A stretch of DNA of 64,000 nt from a virus. Positions 1-9,493 of this stretch are shown one piece after another. The stretch covers positions 96,001 through 160,000 of IMG/VR virus record IMGVR_UViG_3300045988_171772. The stretch is one strand, 5' to 3'. A program made the translations under genes and the position numbers. Under the pieces are notes generated by a model that saw nothing but the letters and a program-made list of their open reading frames with translations, searched no databases and was not told the DNA's origin. Within the stretch, counting starts at the first letter, position 1. Every line of letters begins with the position of its first letter.

Positions 1-469
1 GGAAGATTCCTTCAGTTACCGCGTCATTTTCTTTTTTCGATTCGTTTTGCTTCTTGATCTTCTCCTGGGCATCAGTAATGTCCATCTTCTTCGGAACGAC
101 ACGATTTGCTTTGTCTCTCCGAGTCGGAGGAACTACCTTGACATCAGGATAGAATTTATTGAAGGGATTGCCCGCAGTGATGGTGATGTCGATCTTAAAC
201 TTCTTTGCAGCTTTGTAAAGATTGTCAGCACACTCTTTCCGATCTTCTTCAGGAACGAAACGGAAATACTTGATTCCGTTACGGACGCTCTCTTCATCAT
301 TGATCGGGTACTTTCTCTTCTTAGGAAGTGCAAAGGCACTATCCGGAAGTTTATCCCGATCCGATTTCTTCATAGCCTCGGTGACGACCTTTTTTTCCAG
401 AAGATCGTCATCCTCATGATACTCAGGATCCAAAAAATCCATAATGGATTCGAAAGCAGTCATACTCAT
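1..469 (-). CDS. hypothetical protein, partial (C-terminus lies beyond the left window edge)
   Basis: Minus-strand ORF absent from the track because it runs off the edge. ATG at 469 with GGAG about 8 nt upstream. Reads MSMTAFESIMDF...LPDSAFALPKKRKYPINDEESVRNGIKYF and stays open to position 1. Confidence 0.6.
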   Translation of the reverse strand, partial: MSMTAFESIMDFLDPEYHEDDDLLEKKVVTEAMKKSDRDKLPDSAFALPKKRKYPINDEESVRNGIKYFRFVPEEDRKECADNLYKAAKKFKIDITITAGNPFNKFYPDVKVVPPTRRDKANRVVPKKMDITDAQEKIKKQNESKKENDAVTEGIF

Positions 470-486
470 AGGGATTGCTCTCCTTC

Positions 487-1038
487 TTACTGAGAATCAG
501 TCTCCTCATTGGTATGAGAAGCCGCCGCTGCAGCAGCACGAGCAGCAGCCTCAGCCTGACGAGCACGCTTCCGCTGATTCTTGCTCATACCAGCATAGGG
601 ATCAGCAGTGGGCATAGCAGCAACTGTCGGATGATGAGCCTGCTTCACTTCTTCCTTTGGAGTCTCTTTGGTAGATTCCTCATTCTGAATCAGAGTGCGA
701 ATCTCAGAAGTGACTTCCTTGGTTTCTTCAGAAGTAGTTTCCACGACAGGCTGCTCCACCTTCTTCTCGAAAGAAACCTGAGGAATTTCTTTACCCACAG
801 GTTTCGGCTTCGGCTGCGGAACCACAGGAGGGAAATGATTCTCATCCAAATTTGTCCGAGTCAGACGAACCTTCTGGTGGACATCATTCTGATTGTGCAG
901 ATTGACCTTCACGCCATTCATGACCAGCTTCTTAACCAGATCAAATGACATACGGGTCGGAACCAGAATAGGACCATCTCCACCAATGAGCGGAATACGC
1001 CCAACGGATTCGATAGTTACCAGAACTACCTTAGCCAT
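487..1038 (-). CDS. hypothetical protein (183 aa, Pro/Lys/Glu-rich middle, Ala-rich tail)
   Basis: Track ORF. AAGGAGG lies upstream of the ATG at 1038. TAA stop. Confidence 0.7.
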   Translation of the reverse strand: MAKVVLVTIESVGRIPLIGGDGPILVPTRMSFDLVKKLVMNGVKVNLHNQNDVHQKVRLTRTNLDENHFPPVVPQPKPKPVGKEIPQVSFEKKVEQPVVETTSEETKEVTSEIRTLIQNEESTKETPKEEVKQAHHPTVAAMPTADPYAGMSKNQRKRARQAEAAARAAAAAASHTNEETDSQ

Positions 1039-1053
1039 AGTAATCGATCCTCC

Positions 1054-2457
1054 TTAGCCTTCATATCCTTCAGGATAATTGATGAAAACTTTGTAATTGT
1101 CTTTGAAGCTTCTCTTATTGAGAACCTCAATACGAGCTTCATTGAGTCGATCGAGCATATTATTGACCACAGGACCCCATTTCCGCATGACACTCTGATC
1201 ATCCGAATAGAACTCCTCAAAAGCGTTAATACGATCGATCAGATCATAGATATTATTCAGTACCTGCTTCCGCTCATACTGATCACTCATGCGGTCCACA
1301 TCGACAAAGATCAGATCGATTTCTTTCTCAGAAGGAAGCATGGGACGAGAACGCAACAGACCCAGACGAGTCTTGAAGCTTTCCATCACTCTCATATCTC
1401 TTTCTGCACAGAGATCGAATGCAGATCTCATTTTCGGATTTCTGTCGACGGAGTAGGTAAACATTACTTTTTTATCAGTAAAAAGATCCTGATGATCCGC
1501 AATGGTACCTTCCACAACAGCGCCGGTATATCTCTCATGAAGCTGCATACCCATAGAATCCAGGAAGGAGAGATAGATCACTCTCAGATTCGGACTACAG
1601 GTTCTCATAGCAAACGCAATCGCCTCATCTTTCAGATAATTCTTGCGCTTGGTATAATCCCGATAGTACCGAGAAGCCCAGAGCATCCTTTCAGAAACCT
1701 TCTGGAATTTCTCAGAGGGAGTCTTCATGAGATCGGTATTGCCATTATTCTTGATCAGCTGAGCCAGACCACCTTCATAGGCATTGATATACTCAGGAGG
1801 AATCATGCTTTCAGCACCAGCAACACTCACTTTCAGAGAGCTGGCGATATTCACAGGATTCTTCATGATAATCCAATCCTTAATGAAGCAGGCAGTCAAA
1901 ATCGGAATCAGATACAGCTTAGACAGAGCACCCACATCGGTTCCGTCTCTCCGAATGTCAAACTCTGTATCGGTAATATAACTGTCGCAATACGCATCGT
2001 AGATGGTATTCACGACAGAATCAGATTTGACGACATTCAGAATATCCAGAATCATCATGGTAGTGAGCGCTTCTGGTGAAATGTTATAGTTGCCTTCATT
2101 TTGGTAAAGACTACGCTTCACACAACCCAGATTGATCTCAACACACCAGGTCTTGATATTGTGCCACCGACTTACCAATTCATCTCTGGAGTCATGGGAT
2201 GCCATTCGAGCACAGAATTTATAGATCGAACCACCATCATAAACCTGGGGATAGGTGCGAACCACAAAAGGTTCCCCTGATTGAGTAGGATCAACAAACA
2301 TGACATCGAAGGTCATCGTGATTTCCTGATCCTCAGGAGTAAACATCACAGACAAAGTGTCTGAGATATTATTCTCAGCATCTTCTGGCAAAACGGAGCC
2401 GTTATGGACATTATTAAAAGTGGACTTGATCAAGTCGACCATTTCAATAAATTCCAT
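1054..2457 (-). CDS. hypothetical protein (about 467 aa)
   Basis: Track ORF 1054..2484 trimmed to the ATG at 2457 (MEFIEMV...), which is preceded by AAAGGAGTG. TAA stop. Confidence 0.7.
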   Translation of the reverse strand: MEFIEMVDLIKSTFNNVHNGSVLPEDAENNISDTLSVMFTPEDQEITMTFDVMFVDPTQSGEPFVVRTYPQVYDGGSIYKFCARMASHDSRDELVSRWHNIKTWCVEINLGCVKRSLYQNEGNYNISPEALTTMMILDILNVVKSDSVVNTIYDAYCDSYITDTEFDIRRDGTDVGALSKLYLIPILTACFIKDWIIMKNPVNIASSLKVSVAGAESMIPPEYINAYEGGLAQLIKNNGNTDLMKTPSEKFQKVSERMLWASRYYRDYTKRKNYLKDEAIAFAMRTCSPNLRVIYLSFLDSMGMQLHERYTGAVVEGTIADHQDLFTDKKVMFTYSVDRNPKMRSAFDLCAERDMRVMESFKTRLGLLRSRPMLPSEKEIDLIFVDVDRMSDQYERKQVLNNIYDLIDRINAFEEFYSDDQSVMRKWGPVVNNMLDRLNEARIEVLNKRSFKDNYKVFINYPEGYEG

Positions 2458-2520
2458 AGATAGAATCACTCCTTTATGATACAAAGTGATTGTAAGATAC
2501 TTACATCTTTATATTACCGA

Positions 2521-2541
2521 TGTTAAACAGGTGTTTTGAGA
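2521..2541 (-). promoter_or_regulatory. candidate promoter, AAAACACC-N4-TA class
   Basis: The minus strand reads TCTCAAAACACCTGTTTAACA upstream of the 1054..2457 gene. Same motif and spacing as four other sites. Confidence 0.35.
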
Positions 2542-2613
2542 GACCTCTGGATTGAACTCAAAAATAAAAGCTGTAACAGGCTTATTTTATTCATTCTAAG
2601 GAGGAAAATCATC

Positions 2614-3018
2614 ATGAATGATATTGCCGCTGTTGTATCCTTTCTTGTGATCGGTCTATTCCTGGTTACCTTCATCACCGATGTGATGACTCAGGTTATC
2701 AAGAAGGTCACCTATGACAAGATTCCGACCAATATCGTCTGCCTGATCATTGCTGTTATTCTGGCAGTGATTGGATGCTTCATTGGTGCTGCCATTGGTG
2801 TCTATGTGCTCGCATGGTATCACTTTGTCATCGCAGTAATTCTTGGTTTCTTTGCTACGTTTATTGGTATGAATGGATATGATAAACTGGTTCAGATCTT
2901 TAAGCAATATGAAGGGATTCTGGATCTGGCTAAAGAGAGAACTGCGAAAACTTCCGCTGAAGCCGAAGTATCTGGTGAGACTACCGAAGTCCCTGAAGAT
3001 ACCGATAAGTCTGAATAA
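2614..3018 (+). CDS. holin-like small membrane protein
   Basis: ATG at 2614 follows AGGAGG. Predicted hydrophobic helices with the pattern TQVIKKV..IPTN..(TM)..(TM)..GMNGYD and a charged C-tail. This resembles A118/phiLC3-type holins, from memory. Confidence 0.45.
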   Translation: MNDIAAVVSFLVIGLFLVTFITDVMTQVIKKVTYDKIPTNIVCLIIAVILAVIGCFIGAAIGVYVLAWYHFVIAVILGFFATFIGMNGYDKLVQIFKQYEGILDLAKERTAKTSAEAEVSGETTEVPEDTDKSE

Positions 3019-3022
3019 AAAG

Positions 3023-3072
3023 AATGGGTTACCTTATACTCTCCAGAAAGGGAGATACTAAGGTAACCCATT
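3023..3072. terminator. bidirectional hairpin terminator
   Basis: AATGGGTTACCTTA (3023-3036) pairs with TAAGGTAACCCATT (3059-3072). A-run before, T-run after. Lies between convergent genes. Confidence 0.75.
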
Positions 3073-3073
3073 T

Positions 3074-4144
3074 TTATTTTATTCTCAGATATCCATCTTC
3101 TCCAGCGAAGAAATACTCATCTTGGATTCTATCTTTAGGGACTCCATAATCTTTCTCATCCTTGAAGGCATTCCTATGGAAATAGAGCTTCTTAATCCAA
3201 GGAATAACCTCCGGATGCTTGAGTAATACCTGAAATTCTTCCATATCAGTCTTATCATTGTCACAATAGATATGGACGTTTGCTTTATACATGAGACCAT
3301 TGTAGATGAGATATCTCAATATCGCTGCTGGTCCATATCCACAGATTGCAGCATAGATATTCCGATCATTATCCTCACCAAAGTTCTCATGAATACTGAT
3401 AATGTCAAAGGTCCCTTCTGCAATATAGACATTCAGAGGCTTCTCTGATACCATACTGATCGCACAGGGAATCATATAGAAAGATGCTGGATTATGATTC
3501 CTGGAATTCAATATGACCTTCATATATCTTCTTGCATTGGGATCCTTTCCTATATATCGGAATGTCAGGACATTATTCGACTGAGACAAGAATCCGACAT
3601 AGAAGAATTCAATATTGTGGATACTCCATTCTGACATCTGAAGATTCTGATACCAGATCTTATTTGCCGCACAGAATTTCAGAAGAGAAGGAACGATCTT
3701 GAGTCTCGGACAATCTTCCAGAGTTAGTTGCAATCCCAATCTCTGGTTGATATACTCCATTTTCTCTCTATTCTCTGGACAGTCATCTGGTACAGGAACG
3801 ATGAAATTCTCTATCTGGTCATTGGTGAAGAGATTTCTTCTTGCTGATCTTCTATTGAGAGATCGCAATTCTTTTACCATATCAGAATCTATATAGACAC
3901 CGACATCCTGAAGAAACTGATCATTGACCAGACCAGATACCTCACATTTGAAACACCGATAGACCATTGCAGAAGAATCATCATCTACATCGATCTTGAT
4001 ACTCAGATGACCATGTGTGGGATCATGAGAATCTCCACAATAAGGGCATCTTATAGTCCATTGTGTATGAGCGGAATTCGGTATACATACAGGGAGATCA
4101 TTCAATTTGGATAATACGATCTCTTTCAATTCTTTCGATACCAT
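3074..4144 (-). CDS. DNA primase (zinc-ribbon plus TOPRIM, DnaG/T7 gp4-like)
   Basis: CPYCGDSHDPTHGH...CFKC zinc ribbon. TOPRIM-like AEGTFDIISI and YCDNDKTD acidic motifs. 356 aa, TAA stop. Confidence 0.75.
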   Translation of the reverse strand: MVSKELKEIVLSKLNDLPVCIPNSAHTQWTIRCPYCGDSHDPTHGHLSIKIDVDDDSSAMVYRCFKCEVSGLVNDQFLQDVGVYIDSDMVKELRSLNRRSARRNLFTNDQIENFIVPVPDDCPENREKMEYINQRLGLQLTLEDCPRLKIVPSLLKFCAANKIWYQNLQMSEWSIHNIEFFYVGFLSQSNNVLTFRYIGKDPNARRYMKVILNSRNHNPASFYMIPCAISMVSEKPLNVYIAEGTFDIISIHENFGEDNDRNIYAAICGYGPAAILRYLIYNGLMYKANVHIYCDNDKTDMEEFQVLLKHPEVIPWIKKLYFHRNAFKDEKDYGVPKDRIQDEYFFAGEDGYLRIK

Positions 4145-4195
4145 GTCTTTATCACCTTACTTTCAAAGTAATGATATATCGGATTATTTCCTTTC

Positions 4196-4215
4196 CAAAA
4201 ACACGGGTATAATAT
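4196..4215 (+). promoter_or_regulatory. candidate promoter, AAAACAC-GGG-TATAAT
   Basis: CAAAAACACGGGTATAATAT lies about 25 nt upstream of the ATG at 4241. It combines the recurrent AAAACAC block with a perfect TATAAT. Confidence 0.45.
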
Positions 4216-4240
4216 TAAGCCTATAAGGAGGTTACACTCC

Positions 4241-5443
4241 ATGAATGATTTGAAATGGATGTCCAAAGCCGATTTTTTTGAAGCTTTAGATAGTCCCACC
4301 AATGAGAATGATTCTGTGGTCTTTAAGCAGATGAATCTCTTTGGTCCTTATTACATCCAGGATCTTTCTTTCAAGCAATGCTTGGAATATCCTAAAGATA
4401 TCAACCATGTCACATACAAAGATCGTCTTCCGATGTATCGTATGTGTGATCTGGCATATCCTATGGACAATCCTCTTAGAAAAGAGACCAAACCTCTGAG
4501 AAAGCTTTGTATTGAGAAATGCAAAGAACTCCAGAGATGTAAGAGTCATACAGCTCAGGCTATTGCCTATGAGATGTGTATGTTTATCAAGGACATCATT
4601 GACAATCGATTCTCTCCTACAGAAGAAGGAGTCATGCAGGCATATCATCCTATTGTCCCTTATCAGGGTACAGTGAGTCGATATGAAGCAGAGTCTTCTA
4701 TCTCCAATAAGCCGGATGAGAAAGATAAGAAAAAGATCAAGAAGATCACAGAAGAATCTACGGATTCCATTATGAGTCGAATTGGTCCTCGAATTGTCAA
4801 TCCCGATCTGTCTGATACTCTTGATATGGACTATGGCTTTGGTACTCTCGGAGATAAGTACAATCAAAGTGCTACTGAGAGTCTGGAGAAAGCCTGTGCT
4901 CAATTCCATCTGATTGCCTATGGAAGATATGCCAATGACAATGATAAGGTGATGGAAGGATTCTCCTACTTCGATAATCCTGATTGGGTCAATGATGAAT
5001 GGGATAATGTATTAGAAGCGATCACAGATGCTACCACCAACGTCCCTCCTTCTGTACCTACTGTCAATCAATCTCTTTCTATGAAGAAATCTGACGATGA
5101 TGATAAGGTCTTCTCAGATATGAATAGAGAGAAGAAAGATACTTCGGAATATCAGGCACAATCAGAAGAATTCAACATCGATAAATTCCGTCAATTCATG
5201 GCAGTTAATCAGAGATACACTGTGTCTCCCTCTGCTTTTACAGACTTCATGAATTATGCCAAGTATGATCATATCGTCGGGTATATCAATGATGGTCCTG
5301 TCTTGCAGATGAATGAGACCAATCTCTATGTCATGCCTATCATTGATGTCGTAGAAGGGAATGAGAAGAAGCTCCTCGTTTATGATATCAACAAAGGCAA
5401 TATCAATGTGGAGTCCTTCCCCTCTGAGCATAATATCACTTAA
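4241..5443 (+). CDS. hypothetical protein (400 aa)
   Basis: Track ORF. AAGGAGG upstream. TAA stop. Confidence 0.7.
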   Translation: MNDLKWMSKADFFEALDSPTNENDSVVFKQMNLFGPYYIQDLSFKQCLEYPKDINHVTYKDRLPMYRMCDLAYPMDNPLRKETKPLRKLCIEKCKELQRCKSHTAQAIAYEMCMFIKDIIDNRFSPTEEGVMQAYHPIVPYQGTVSRYEAESSISNKPDEKDKKKIKKITEESTDSIMSRIGPRIVNPDLSDTLDMDYGFGTLGDKYNQSATESLEKACAQFHLIAYGRYANDNDKVMEGFSYFDNPDWVNDEWDNVLEAITDATTNVPPSVPTVNQSLSMKKSDDDDKVFSDMNREKKDTSEYQAQSEEFNIDKFRQFMAVNQRYTVSPSAFTDFMNYAKYDHIVGYINDGPVLQMNETNLYVMPIIDVVEGNEKKLLVYDINKGNINVESFPSEHNIT

Positions 5444-5640
5444 ATTTCCATATATGATACATCTGTATAGAGATATTCGAAGCAGATGTATCATATTCTT
5501 TTCTTCTGTAAAAATATGGAGAAAAGGCATTTGCTTTGTATATCATTTATCTGAGTAGGAGTAGAATCTTAGTGATGTCTAGACTACTTAGATAAGGATT
5601 ACCCATCCCTTAATTATAATTGAAAAGGAGGATATTAGAA

Positions 5641-6357
5641 ATGGGTAATGGAAACAATTTTGATCAGGATCGTAATCTGATCACAAAGAACGTATCGACA
5701 CTGTGGCCGGTTCCGCCGGTGGCCTTCAATCTTCTGGGCTATGTCCCGAATAAGGTCATCTATAATGTGTCGAAAGAGAAACTGGAGGCTGACATTCTGA
5801 AAGTCATCCAGAATTTCTCTCCGGACTTCAAGCTGGTTCGTTTTGAGGTGGATTCCCGTACCCACCAGATGAGTCTCTGGGCTTGGATCACCAAGAACTC
5901 CAAAGACATCGTCGACAACCGGTATCAGAACCGTTCGGATCTCATCATTCAGAACCCGATGATCAATCCGAGCAAGAATATGCGGATTCTGCAGTCCATC
6001 TTCGGCATTCGTCCCAAGGGCGATAAGAATAAGGGTGACAATCCGAGCTCTGATGAGGCCATCCAGCGTAAGTTTAACTTCGTCAAGCCCAGCAACGGTG
6101 ACAATCGTTTCGTCGGTACCGAGATGGATCTGGTTGTCGTCTTCCGTGAGATGTTTGACTGGGATGATCGGTATTATGTCAACTTCTATAACCGGATCTC
6201 GGACAAGAACCGTGCTGTCCAGCACAACTATGATCTGAATATTGCTCCGGTCATCGACAACCATGGACGCTGCAAGGCTTTCATCGTCTCCAAGACGACG
6301 ATGAATCCGAATGGCGTCGAGAATCTGCATCCGAAGCAGGCTCGTCGTCTGGACTAA
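5641..6357 (+). CDS. hypothetical protein, GC3-rich codon usage (probably abundant)
   Basis: ATG at 5641 follows AAAGGAGG. Codons are dominated by CTG/CCG/ATC/TTC/AAG, unlike neighbouring genes. A strong terminator follows. Confidence 0.75.
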   Translation: MGNGNNFDQDRNLITKNVSTLWPVPPVAFNLLGYVPNKVIYNVSKEKLEADILKVIQNFSPDFKLVRFEVDSRTHQMSLWAWITKNSKDIVDNRYQNRSDLIIQNPMINPSKNMRILQSIFGIRPKGDKNKGDNPSSDEAIQRKFNFVKPSNGDNRFVGTEMDLVVVFREMFDWDDRYYVNFYNRISDKNRAVQHNYDLNIAPVIDNHGRCKAFIVSKTTMNPNGVENLHPKQARRLD

Positions 6358-6372
6358 TCACTAAGAACTGAC

Positions 6373-6415
6373 ATGCAGGGACTTGAAAGAAAAAATCAAG
6401 TCCCTGCATTTTTAT
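6373..6415 (+). terminator. rho-independent terminator
   Basis: ATGCAGGGACTTGA (6373-6386) pairs with TCAAGTCCCTGCAT (6396-6409), followed by TTTTTATTTT. Confidence 0.8.
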
Positions 6416-6449
6416 TTTGATTTCTCTAAAGGAAAGGAATGAATTTCCT

Positions 6450-6998
6450 ATGGAATTAAAATGCGTAAAAATGAATCCAGAAGCACAGGATTTATATCGG
6501 TCTACTTCTGGATCTGCTGGATATGATGTCTCTATCTGTGATAATAGAGAACTTGATATGATTCGCAAATGGGCCAGAGAGAATCCCAAGCAATTGATCA
6601 AGTATCCTAAGATGACTACCATTGGTGGAGCTGTTGGTGGTCAATATTATCCCACCTATCAATTCTCTATTGAACCTGGAAAAAGTGCTACCATTCATAC
6701 TGGATTGGCAGTAGAGATACCCGAAGGATATGTAGGTCTGCTGGTAGCTCGCTCTGGTATCTCCAATCACTATGGGATTACTCCCAAGGATTGTATTGGA
6801 ATCATTGATTCTGATTATAGAGGAGAATTGATGGTCCATCTGGTCAATGACTCGGATCAGGAGTATTTCCTCTCTAAGAATGAGAGAGTATGTCAATTGG
6901 TAATCACTCCGTATATTGCTCCGGATATTGTCTATGTTGACAAACTCTCGGAGACGGAACGAGGAACGGGAGGATTTGGATCTTCTGGATCCAATTAA
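6450..6998 (+). CDS. dut: dUTP diphosphatase (trimeric dUTPase)
   Basis: All five trimeric dUTPase motifs are present: GSAGYD, ARSG, GIIDSDYRGE, RVCQLV and RGTGGFGSSG. There is an extra segment of about 35 aa after motif I. Confidence 0.9.
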   Translation: MELKCVKMNPEAQDLYRSTSGSAGYDVSICDNRELDMIRKWARENPKQLIKYPKMTTIGGAVGGQYYPTYQFSIEPGKSATIHTGLAVEIPEGYVGLLVARSGISNHYGITPKDCIGIIDSDYRGELMVHLVNDSDQEYFLSKNERVCQLVITPYIAPDIVYVDKLSETERGTGGFGSSGSN

Positions 6999-7005
6999 AG
7001 AATCT

Positions 7006-8169
7006 ATGGATGCATATTTCAACTATCACAAAGTAAAATTTGAAGTTTTGCATAGACTCATGAATCCCATAGCGAGAAGACACCAAATTCACAATGTCAA
7101 TGTCTTTATTAACCTGGATGATCTTCTTCATCGGTTACACAGGCCTGTGATCAATGATGAATTGACCATCTCGACATCAAATACCATTGTGAGACTGGTA
7201 TCTTCCATCATCAATATGGCAGCTCACTATAGAGAGTATATGATGAGAGAAGGATGGACTCCCAAGGTCTATCTATGTTACTCTTCTTCTTTTCACGGTC
7301 CTTTTCGGAATATGGTTTATATCGAAAATTATCGAGATCATTTCAAGACCATCAGCAGTGAATTGAATCAGGAGTATGCATATCTCAATCGAGTCATTCC
7401 TCCAGCTCTTAATCTTGTGAAATCCATCTGTCAGTATATTGACGGAGTCTATCTGGTAGATTCTACCTATGTGGAACCTTCTGTATTACCTCTAATTCTC
7501 TCTGAGATAAAACATGCCGATTATAATTTCCTTGTGACAAGAGATGAATATGACTATCAATATACCTCTTATCAGAATTGGGCTATCATCTATGCAAACT
7601 CGGATGAGGAGAAATCTGAATTGATTACCTCTTCCAATCTATGGAAGTTTGTCGCAGAAAAGAATAAGGTCAATACAGAGGATCTTAGTCTTGATTATCA
7701 GGCTTCTCTCTATTCCTTCGTCTTATCTGTGATAGGAAATCGATACAGAGGAATTCCTCGAATCAAGAAGTGCGGTTGGTCTCGGATTCTCTCTATTGTG
7801 GATGAGATATCCAAAGAGCCTACTTCCATCACTGCATCTACTCTAAGAGAGAAAGTCATTGATCGTCTAAAGGGTAAGACGTATCTCACCTTAGATCAGA
7901 TCAGTGCCAATCTCGCCTGTACGGATATCCAGACTCAATATCGTCGTCTCAATATGCAGACGAATTCTGTGTTGAGTATGGACCTTACGACACAAATGGT
8001 AGATGTCCCAGATTATGAAAATCTTCTCACTGTGGATCGCATCTACTTCAAAGACTATCATCTCAATATTCCCTTCTTAACCAAGCAGATGCCTGATTCT
8101 CCCATGGTGAATCGGAAATTTCGATTGGATAAGAAAGGTCCTAAGAAGAAGGAGGGAGATCCTGTATGA
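7006..8169 (+). CDS. hypothetical protein (weak PIN/FEN-like motif spacing only)
   Basis: Track ORF 6916..8169 trimmed to the ATG at 7006, just after the dut stop. VFINLDD, ENYRDHFK and LVTRDEYDYQ loosely recall 5'-3' exonuclease motifs, but the acidic residues are not conserved. Confidence 0.6.
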   Translation: MDAYFNYHKVKFEVLHRLMNPIARRHQIHNVNVFINLDDLLHRLHRPVINDELTISTSNTIVRLVSSIINMAAHYREYMMREGWTPKVYLCYSSSFHGPFRNMVYIENYRDHFKTISSELNQEYAYLNRVIPPALNLVKSICQYIDGVYLVDSTYVEPSVLPLILSEIKHADYNFLVTRDEYDYQYTSYQNWAIIYANSDEEKSELITSSNLWKFVAEKNKVNTEDLSLDYQASLYSFVLSVIGNRYRGIPRIKKCGWSRILSIVDEISKEPTSITASTLREKVIDRLKGKTYLTLDQISANLACTDIQTQYRRLNMQTNSVLSMDLTTQMVDVPDYENLLTVDRIYFKDYHLNIPFLTKQMPDSPMVNRKFRLDKKGPKKKEGDPV

Positions 8170-8684
8170 AACCTTGGTTGATCATTCTCAGCGTCATGAT
8201 TCTTGCCGGAATTCTTTTCAGACATTTCATCGCACCTTTGATTGTGGATATCGTCAATAAGAATGTCGATCCCTCTGTCAGAGCGCATAGACAGAGAATG
8301 AATTCTCATCTGACCAATCTGGTGATCATCGATAGGAAAGATTTGGATATGAAGAAATTCTATAAGATCGAGACTGAAGTAGAGGTCTATCTTATGTATA
8401 TTCAGCATACCCTATCTGAAGACAAGATCTATCCCTCTACAAAAGATGTATTGGAGAATACATTTTTCATTATAAGAGAGAATCGAACCTACTTCTTCTT
8501 TGACAATGACAACTTCCCAGAGATTCCTGTGAATAAGTGTCTTTACATGGACCTACTCAATCCACGTCTAACAAGATCTCTTATCATGGAATATATGGGA
8601 TTCCAAGACAGTGATAGTCAGATTGCCGAGATTCCTTTAACTAATTTCATGACCTTAGGAGGAAGAAGGAATAAACGAAACTAA
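8166..8684 (+). CDS. hypothetical protein with N-terminal membrane anchor
   Basis: The ATG overlaps the upstream TGA (ATGA coupling). N-terminal hydrophobic helix WLIILSVMILAGILF. Confidence 0.65.
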   Translation: MKPWLIILSVMILAGILFRHFIAPLIVDIVNKNVDPSVRAHRQRMNSHLTNLVIIDRKDLDMKKFYKIETEVEVYLMYIQHTLSEDKIYPSTKDVLENTFFIIRENRTYFFFDNDNFPEIPVNKCLYMDLLNPRLTRSLIMEYMGFQDSDSQIAEIPLTNFMTLGGRRNKRN

Positions 8685-8757
8685 AAGGTAATGAGTAATG
8701 GAATTACTTCCATTACCAAGAGCCAATTGTTTCTCTCCTTATTCTAATACTCACAAA

Positions 8758-8806
8758 TAGATCGGATGTATCCAGGATTATAATATCCCGTGATACATCC
8801 GATCTA
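8758..8806. terminator. bidirectional hairpin terminator
   Basis: TAGATCGGATGTATC (8758-8772) pairs with GATACATCCGATCTA (8792-8806), followed by a T-run. Lies between convergent genes. Confidence 0.75.
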
Positions 8807-8812
8807 TATTTT

Positions 8813-9493
8813 TTAGTTTTCTTCAATGCTAAAATAGCTCTGATAGATTTTTGAATGCATGACTCTCTTCTCTAAGAATCTGGATTCAAATCCCTCTTGC
8901 CATCGTATTGTAATCTCCACTCTAGGTTTGATTGAGTAGTATTTACGAGTTACTCCATCACTGATAATATTGTCATTGGTAATGAGAATACCCTGAATCA
9001 TATCTGAGTATGTCTTACCAATATTATCCCAGTCTGGATCTGATATAGGGCGAATATATCCTTTCTCAGCCAAGAGAGTATCTACTTTAGAGAATTTTGG
9101 TGTAGGAAGATAGGCATCTACATAGAATTCCGTCCTTGTATAGATGATCTTCTCTGCGAAGATATGCTTCTCAAGCATCTTCTTATTATGAGCAGCATTC
9201 TTGACATAGAAGGTTCCTGTCTTACTGCTATACCTGGGTCTAGGTGTAGACTTTGGTACCAGATAGAGAATGAACCTCATTTCATGCCAAGGAATGTTCT
9301 CAATCATTTCGATCTTCTTCTGCATATCTTCATAGTCTTTGGGTCTCAGTTGAGACTCTAAAAGACGAAGAATTTCTTCTTTGTCAGATGGAATGTGACC
9401 ATACTTTTTGTCATATTCCATCTCTTCTTTCATCATAGGCATAGTTTTATCATGGAAGCTTTCTAATGTTATTGATGATATTTCCCAATCCAT
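8813..9493 (-). CDS. RusA-like Holliday-junction resolvase
   Basis: PKSTPRPRYS and DPDWDNIGKTYSDMIQGILITNDNII match the RusA pattern (P..R.R; D.DN..K...D...(D/N)D). The start is uncertain: 9493 overlaps the upstream gene, and ATG 9442 is an alternative. Confidence 0.65.
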   Translation of the reverse strand: MDWEISSITLESFHDKTMPMMKEEMEYDKKYGHIPSDKEEILRLLESQLRPKDYEDMQKKIEMIENIPWHEMRFILYLVPKSTPRPRYSSKTGTFYVKNAAHNKKMLEKHIFAEKIIYTRTEFYVDAYLPTPKFSKVDTLLAEKGYIRPISDPDWDNIGKTYSDMIQGILITNDNIISDGVTRKYYSIKPRVEITIRWQEGFESRFLEKRVMHSKIYQSYFSIEEN

